Shown: positions 59,150-64,000 of the stretch, piece by piece
How positions within the stretch are numbered: position 1 is the stretch's first letter
How the letters are laid out: the number at the start of each line of letters is the position of its first letter
Assembly: GCF_000737315.1 (NCBI RefSeq)
Contig: NZ_JMCB01000002.1
Location: forward strand, 620,001-684,000
DNA length: 64,000 bases
Direction of reading: 5' to 3'
Source of the DNA: Hyalangium minutum
Lineage (GTDB): Bacteria; Myxococcota; Myxococcia; Myxococcales; Myxococcaceae
Made by a program: the position numbers and the translations under genes
Notes under the pieces: model-generated
Databases searched by the model: none
Told to the model about the DNA's origin: nothing
The model's input: only the letters and a program-made list of their open reading frames with translations

Positions 59150-60600
59150 CTGACGCCATCATCCCTCCCAGTTCCACTCCTCTTCCGAGCCGCGGAAGTG
59201 TCCTCGTGGTGGACGACCAGCACAACATGCGCAAGACCACTGCTCTGGTCTTGAGCACCGAGGGCTACTCCGTCTTTCAGGCCGGCACGGGGCAGGAGGC
59301 GCTCGACCTGCTGGCCAAGCACAGCGTGGATGTGCTCCTGACGGACCTGAAGATGGAGCCCATGGACGGCCTGTTGCTGCTGAAGAAGGCGATGGAGGTT
59401 GCGCCCCGGCTGCAGGTCATCGTCATGACGGCCTTCGGCTCCATCGACAGCGCGGTGGAGGCCATGCGGTTGGGGGCGTACGACTACATCACCAAGCCCT
59501 TCAAGGACGGGGTGCTGCGCCACCGCGTGGAGCTGGCGCTGGAGCGCTCGCGGCTGTTGTCCCAGGTGAACCTGTTCGCCGACGAGTTCAACCAGCGCCA
59601 CAACCTCAATGCGCTGGTGGGCGCCAGCCCCGCCATGCGCGAGCTGAAGAGCCGCCTGCTGCGCGTGGCCCAGAGCGATGCCACTGTGCTGATTCAGGGC
59701 GAGAGCGGTACCGGCAAGGAACTGGTGGCGCGCGCGCTGCACACCCACAGCCGGCGCAGCTCCAAGCCCTTCGTGCCCGTCAACTGCGCCGCCATCTCCG
59801 AGAGCCTGCTGGAGAGCGAGCTGTTCGGCCACGCCAAGGGCGCCTTCACCGGCGCAGTGAAGGCCCGGCGCGGCCTCTTCGAGGAGGCGGACGGCGGCAC
59901 CCTCTTCATCGACGAGGTGACGGAGACCAGCCCCGCCTTTCAGTCCAAGCTGCTGCGCGCGCTGCAGGAGGGCGAGGTGCGCCGCGTGGGCGAGTCCACT
60001 TCGGTGCGCGTGGACGTGCGCATCGTCGCCGCCACCAACCGCGACATCGAGGTGGAAGTCCGCGAGAAGCGCTTCCGGCAGGACCTGTACTACCGCCTCA
60101 ACGTGGTGACACTGCGGGTGCCCCCGCTGCGCGAGCGCCTGGAGGACGTCCAGGACCTGGCCAAGCACTTCTTGAAGCGCGCCAACGAGCGCAACTCCCG
60201 GCCCCGGAGCTTGTCCTCCTCGTCCGTGGCACACCTGATGGACTACAGCTTCCCGGGCAACGTTCGCGAGTTGGAGAACCTGGTGGAGCAGGCCGCCGCG
60301 CTGGCCGAGGGCGACGAGCTCATGCCCGAGGACTTCCCGGTCCGCGCCCAGGGGCAGCTGACGCCCACTTCCGCGGAGCTGGCCAGCGCCGCGAGGGCTC
60401 CGGGCAGCCCCACGCACACCCTGGCCGAGGTGGTGGAGGAGGCCGAGCGCCGCGCCATCCTCCAGGCCCTGGAGCGCCACCAGAAGGACCTGGCCCGCGT
60501 GGCCGACGAGCTGGGCGTTTCCTCCACGACGCTCTGGCGCAAGATGAAGCGAATCAAATTGCCAGAGACGGGCCCGGGGAGCGATCCTCAGGGCAAGTAG
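59146..60600 (+). CDS. pxrR: Sigma54-dependent response regulator (PxrR/Nla19/SpdR-like)
   Basis: Receiver domain (VVDD, TDLKM), GESGTGKE, GAFTGA and FRQDLYYRLNV; Fis-type HTH. Confidence 0.9.
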   Translation: MTDAIIPPSSTPLPSRGSVLVVDDQHNMRKTTALVLSTEGYSVFQAGTGQEALDLLAKHSVDVLLTDLKMEPMDGLLLLKKAMEVAPRLQVIVMTAFGSIDSAVEAMRLGAYDYITKPFKDGVLRHRVELALERSRLLSQVNLFADEFNQRHNLNALVGASPAMRELKSRLLRVAQSDATVLIQGESGTGKELVARALHTHSRRSSKPFVPVNCAAISESLLESELFGHAKGAFTGAVKARRGLFEEADGGTLFIDEVTETSPAFQSKLLRALQEGEVRRVGESTSVRVDVRIVAATNRDIEVEVREKRFRQDLYYRLNVVTLRVPPLRERLEDVQDLAKHFLKRANERNSRPRSLSSSSVAHLMDYSFPGNVRELENLVEQAAALAEGDELMPEDFPVRAQGQLTPTSAELASAARAPGSPTHTLAEVVEEAERRAILQALERHQKDLARVADELGVSSTTLWRKMKRIKLPETGPGSDPQGK

Positions 60601-60681
60601 GCAGGCGTGGGCGGGTGAGACGGGCGGAAACATCACCACCGTCTCCCAGTGGATGAAACAACCCCCAGGAAGTGCTTCAGC

Positions 60682-60839
60682 TTTTCAGCCCTGAAAACGC
60701 TGTCACACGGCGGCGGGGCTGGGCGGCCTTCCGAGCCTGTAAGCGTCTGAAAAGACGAGGGGCGGAGGGGAAGCGGCATTTCAAATCTGAAATGACTTCT
60801 CCAATCTTCAGATCTGCAAGCTGGGTTTCAGCGCTGCAA
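60682..60839 (+). promoter_or_regulatory. Four palindromic (T/C)TTCA-N4-TG(A/C)AA sites, candidate enhancer
   Basis: TTTCAGCCCTGAAA (60683), TTTCAAATCTGAAA (60779), CTTCAGATCTGCAA (60806) and TTTCAGCGCTGCAA (60826). Confidence 0.65.
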
Positions 60840-60926
60840 TCGCGAACTTGAAATAAAACCCCCGCTCCGAAGCAGGCTGATCCTCTAAGTGCCTGAGAGA
60901 ACTAGAATTCACCCCGTCGTTGGCAT

Positions 60927-60942
60927 TGGCACGCGGGCTGCT
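60927..60942 (+). promoter_or_regulatory. Sigma54 promoter
   Basis: TGGCAC-GCGGG-CTGCT, with correct -24/-12 spacing. Confidence 0.8.
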
Positions 60943-60952
60943 AAGACACTCC

Positions 60953-61073
60953 TCGGGACGCATCGAAGCGAGGCTGAAGGAGGTTCCCCCCCACCCCTTC
61001 AGCACTTCCGGTGAGTCACTTATGAAGACCCGCGGCCCGGCTCCCTTTTGGGGTGCCGGGCCGCCTTCATTTT
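60953..61073 (+). ncRNA. pxr: Pxr-like small RNA (developmental gatekeeper of Cystobacterineae)
   Basis: Hairpin GCTGAAGG/CCTTCAGC with a C-rich loop (60973-61003) and terminal hairpin GCGGCCCGGC/GCCGGGCCGC (61032-61064) followed by a U-run. It lies between a sigma54 activator and a GNAT gene, as described for M. xanthus pxr. Confidence 0.82.
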
Positions 61074-61874
61074 ATGGCACTGAGGCCTGGCACTCCCGCG
61101 GACTACGCAGTCTTCGCTCGGCTCTTCCTGGAGCTCGGGGTGCGCGAGCCGCCTCCTTCTCCCGAGGTGTGGGCCGCGGAGCTCATGCCCCTCACGCAAT
61201 TCCATGATGGGCCTCAGGGACCCGTGGCGTACGTGGCGGCGGATGTGCTGGGGGACCTGGGCTACGTGGTGCAGCTCGTGGTGGATGGGGCCGCCCAACG
61301 GCAGGGGCTGGGCCGGCGGATGATGCAGGAGGTGGCGGCGCACTTCCGGGCCCGAGGCTGCACACGCTGGGGCCTGAACGTGAAGCGGGACAACACCGCG
61401 GCGCTCGCGCTCTATGGCTCCTTCGGCATGAAGCCGCTGCGTGAGGCGGTGTCGCTGACGGTCTCCCGGGCCCAGGTGGCGGCGCTCCCCGCCGCGCCCG
61501 AGAGCCTCCAGGTGGTGCCCGTGGTGGAGTCCGAGTGGGCACCGCTCACGGCGGCCTTCCAGATGATGCCGGAGAAGCTGGCGCGGTTCTCGAAGCGGGC
61601 TTCGCACCAGTTGCTGCGGCTGCACCAGCCCGGAGCTCTCGAGCCGATGCGCCTGGGGATGATGGACCTGCGTCAGGGGGGGGTGCTCTTTCCGTTCTTC
61701 GCGGCCACGCCGGGACATGCGCGCGCGCTGCTCGAGGACGCCTTCCGCCGCTCGGGTGTCGAGGCGCTCCACGTGGCCGTGACGGACGACGCGCCGCTCG
61801 CGGAGGTGCTGCGGGCCGCGGGGGCGGCCGTTGTCATGGAGACGCTCCAACTGCAGGGGCTGCTGGCCTCGTAG
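61074..61874 (+). CDS. GNAT acetyltransferase
   Basis: VVQLVVDGAAQRQGLGRRMM and NTAALALYGSFG. Confidence 0.85.
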   Translation: MALRPGTPADYAVFARLFLELGVREPPPSPEVWAAELMPLTQFHDGPQGPVAYVAADVLGDLGYVVQLVVDGAAQRQGLGRRMMQEVAAHFRARGCTRWGLNVKRDNTAALALYGSFGMKPLREAVSLTVSRAQVAALPAAPESLQVVPVVESEWAPLTAAFQMMPEKLARFSKRASHQLLRLHQPGALEPMRLGMMDLRQGGVLFPFFAATPGHARALLEDAFRRSGVEALHVAVTDDAPLAEVLRAAGAAVVMETLQLQGLLAS

Positions 61875-62615
61875 TCAGTGCAGGCTCCGCGCTTCCTGGC
61901 TCTGCCGGTAGGGGGAGAGCCGCAGCGAGTGGACGAAGCCTACGGGGGTGATGCCGCGCCCGTTGCGGTAGGGCCAGAAGCGCAGCGTGGCCGGAGGGAG
62001 CTCCACCTGTTCCAGCAGCCGCAGCTCCACCAGCGGATACCAGCGGCCAGCGGCCTCGCCTCGGAGGGGACGCACCTCGAAGGTGAAGCGGGCCTGCCCC
62101 GAGCGGCGCGCGGCTTCGAGCCGCTCCACCCGGCTGTGTCCCGGGGCGTCCACGTGGCTGGCCACGGCGCGCAGCTTCGCCCGGCCCAATCCGTTCACCA
62201 GGAAGGGGGACACCGCGTAGTAGTCGTTCTCCAGAAAGTCATGGGTGTCCGTGGAGAACGGCGCCAGCCCCAGTGTCCACGGGGAGCGCACGGTGGCGAA
62301 GAGCAGATCCTGATCGCCTGGCGAGGGCTCTTCGGTGACGGCCTCCTCCGAGCGCAGGCGCACCGCGAGCCCGAGGACATCCGGCCACTCGCGCTGTCCG
62401 CGCCAGAGGGCCGTGGACAAACGCACCAGTGCAGGCCCCGCCAGACGCGAGGCCACCGGCTGGAGGCTCTCGCGCGGGGTGATGATTTTCACCTCGGCAC
62501 GGTAGGTGATGCCCTCGGGGTGCAGGAGCCGCGCATGCCGCAGCGTTGCTCCCACCCGGACGGCGGGCCCCCAGATGCCGCCGATGATCCGCCCCAGCTC
62601 CTCCGAAAACGACAT
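61875..62615 (-). CDS. Catalase-related hypothetical protein
   Basis: RLLHPEG, VRLS, DVLGLAVR, QDLLFAT and FWPY patterns resemble small catalase-like proteins; start at MSFSEEL. Confidence 0.5.
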   Translation of the reverse strand: MSFSEELGRIIGGIWGPAVRVGATLRHARLLHPEGITYRAEVKIITPRESLQPVASRLAGPALVRLSTALWRGQREWPDVLGLAVRLRSEEAVTEEPSPGDQDLLFATVRSPWTLGLAPFSTDTHDFLENDYYAVSPFLVNGLGRAKLRAVASHVDAPGHSRVERLEAARRSGQARFTFEVRPLRGEAAGRWYPLVELRLLEQVELPPATLRFWPYRNGRGITPVGFVHSLRLSPYRQSQEARSLH

Positions 62616-62787
62616 GCGGAGACTCCTCCCGGGCCAAAGGTGGAGCGCGGGGTGGGCGGCGCAAAGCGCCAGGGGCGCAGGCTCGTCTGCCTGCCCGCAG
62701 GGCGGAAGCGAGGGTTGAAAAGACGACGCCCGTCCAGGCACGGGGCCAGGACGGGCGTGGGTGAAACGGGACCGGTGGGCGTGGGGA

Positions 62788-64000
62788 CTACTGGCCTCCG
62801 AAGAGGCTGCCAGCCTGAGTGAGCCACTCGGTGAGCGAGCCCGGGAGGATGCCCAGCACCACCACGGCAGCGGTGGAGAGCACCAAGGTGAGCTCGGTGC
62901 CCCAGTTGCGCTCCAGCGTGTGAGCGCCCTCGGGCACGGGCCGCATGAACATGTAAACGACGACGCGCAGGTAGTAGTACACGCCGGCCGCGCTGGAGAG
63001 CACGCCCACGATGGCCAGACCGATGAGGCCCGTGTCCACGGCGCTGCGGAAGATGAGCAGCTTGCCCATGAAGCCCATGGTGGGAGGGATGCCGCCCAGC
63101 GAGAGCATGAAGGCGGCCATCGCGAACGCCCAGCCCGGCCGGCGCTGCGCGAGCCCGCTGAAGCGGTCCAGGTCCCACGCCGTGCCCTTGTCCTCATCCT
63201 CGCGGCGCTCGAGCGCGGAGACGAGGGCGAAGGCGCCCACGGCGGTGACGGTGTAGGCCAGCAGGTAGAAGAGGATGCCGCGCAGCGCGTCCGCCTGGGC
63301 CTTGGCCACGTCCAGCGTGGCGCCCTCGTTGAGCGCGGTGGAGCCCAGCAGCGAGAAGCCCGCCTTGGGGTGGGTGACGAAGAGGGCGGCCACGCCCACC
63401 AGCAGGTAGCCGGCGTGGGCAATGGAGGAGTACGCCAGCATGCGCTTCACGTTGCGCTGCGGGATGGCCAGCAGGTTGCCGACGATCATCGTCAGGAACG
63501 CGAGCGTGGAGAAGATGATGAAGGGCACCTGCGGATCCATGCCCTTGCTCACCGAGAGGAACACGCGCACCAGGGCGGCGAAGGCCGCGGCCTTCACGCC
63601 GGCGCTCATGAGCGCGGTGACAGGGGTGGGCGCGCCCTCGTACACGTCCGGCGTCCACATGTGGAAGGGCACGGCGGCCACCTTGAAGGCGAAGCCCGAG
63701 GCCACCAGGATGACGCCGCAGTACACCAGCGCCTTGTGGTCCACCACCGCCTGGCCCAGGTTCTGGGTCAGCTGGGACAGCATCGTGGTGCCGGTGGCCC
63801 CGTAGAGCAGCGCCGCGCCGTACAGCAGCACCGCCGAGGAGAACGCACCCAGGATGAAGTACTTGAAGCCCGCCTCGCTGGGCCGCGTGCCGCGGCGCAG
63901 GTATGAGGTAAGGGCATAGGTGCCGATGGAGAGCACCTCGATGTTGACGAAGATGGTGATGAGCTCGTTGGAGATGGCCAGCAGGCTCATGCCTGCGGTG
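62788..64000 (-). CDS. nuoN: NADH-quinone oxidoreductase subunit N (5'-truncated at the window edge)
   Basis: EAGFKYFILGA, FKVAAVPFHMWTPDVYEGAPTP, KRMLAYSSIAHAGY and SLGGIPP. Confidence 0.95.
   Translation of the reverse strand, partial: TAGMSLLAISNELITIFVNIEVLSIGTYALTSYLRRGTRPSEAGFKYFILGAFSSAVLLYGAALLYGATGTTMLSQLTQNLGQAVVDHKALVYCGVILVASGFAFKVAAVPFHMWTPDVYEGAPTPVTALMSAGVKAAAFAALVRVFLSVSKGMDPQVPFIIFSTLAFLTMIVGNLLAIPQRNVKRMLAYSSIAHAGYLLVGVAALFVTHPKAGFSLLGSTALNEGATLDVAKAQADALRGILFYLLAYTVTAVGAFALVSALERREDEDKGTAWDLDRFSGLAQRRPGWAFAMAAFMLSLGGIPPTMGFMGKLLIFRSAVDTGLIGLAIVGVLSSAAGVYYYLRVVVYMFMRPVPEGAHTLERNWGTELTLVLSTAAVVVLGILPGSLTEWLTQAGSLFGGQ

Noticed and set aside
60682-60839. Repeats read as a mini CRISPR array or REP elements
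   Set aside because: The units are only 14 bp, irregularly spaced, and have no cas genes nearby. They fit activator binding sites better.
62616-63422. 5' extension of the catalase-like ORF
   Set aside because: It overlaps nuoN out of frame and is low-complexity. The likely start is 62615.

Overview
GC-rich window, almost certainly from a myxobacterium (Cystobacterineae). Gene order resembles the Myxococcus xanthus BPS-cluster / lptB-rpoN / dacB-ssb / pxrKR-pxr / nuoN neighbourhood as I recall it from the literature; I did not verify this by search. (1) 0.4-23.9 kb: a Wzx/Wzy-dependent polysaccharide cluster with 5 glycosyltransferases, a flippase, a Wzy/O-antigen-ligase-TPR protein, a WecA/MraY-type initiating transferase, Ugd, 2 O-acyltransferases, 2 SAM methyltransferases and 2 nucleotidyltransferase-family genes. 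It is interrupted at about 8.2-12.5 kb by a GntR-family regulator and a type I (EcoAI-like) hsdM-hsdS pair with no hsdR. (2) 25.7-39.5 kb: astB, lpxL-lptC-lptA-lptB-rpoN, hpf, nagZ, ptsN and dtd, with accessory genes wedged into the rpoN-hpf-ptsN order. (3) 39.7-45.4 kb: accessory genes, including a lower-GC islet encoding a signal-peptide-bearing papain-fold (Tox-PL2-like) protein that is stop/start-coupled to a tandem-domain immunity-like protein, followed by a nucleotidyltransferase. This is the best candidate for an undescribed system. (4) 45.4-64 kb: peptide ABC transporter, dacB, ssb, an orphan SdhC-like gene, Hsp33, PRTase-selB-sensor kinase-sigma54 activator, a sigma54-driven Pxr-like sRNA with four palindromic upstream sites, a GNAT, a catalase-like gene and the 3' part of nuoN. 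No CRISPR array, rRNA, tRNA, transposase or integrase was recognised. All calls come from reading motifs; no database searches were run.
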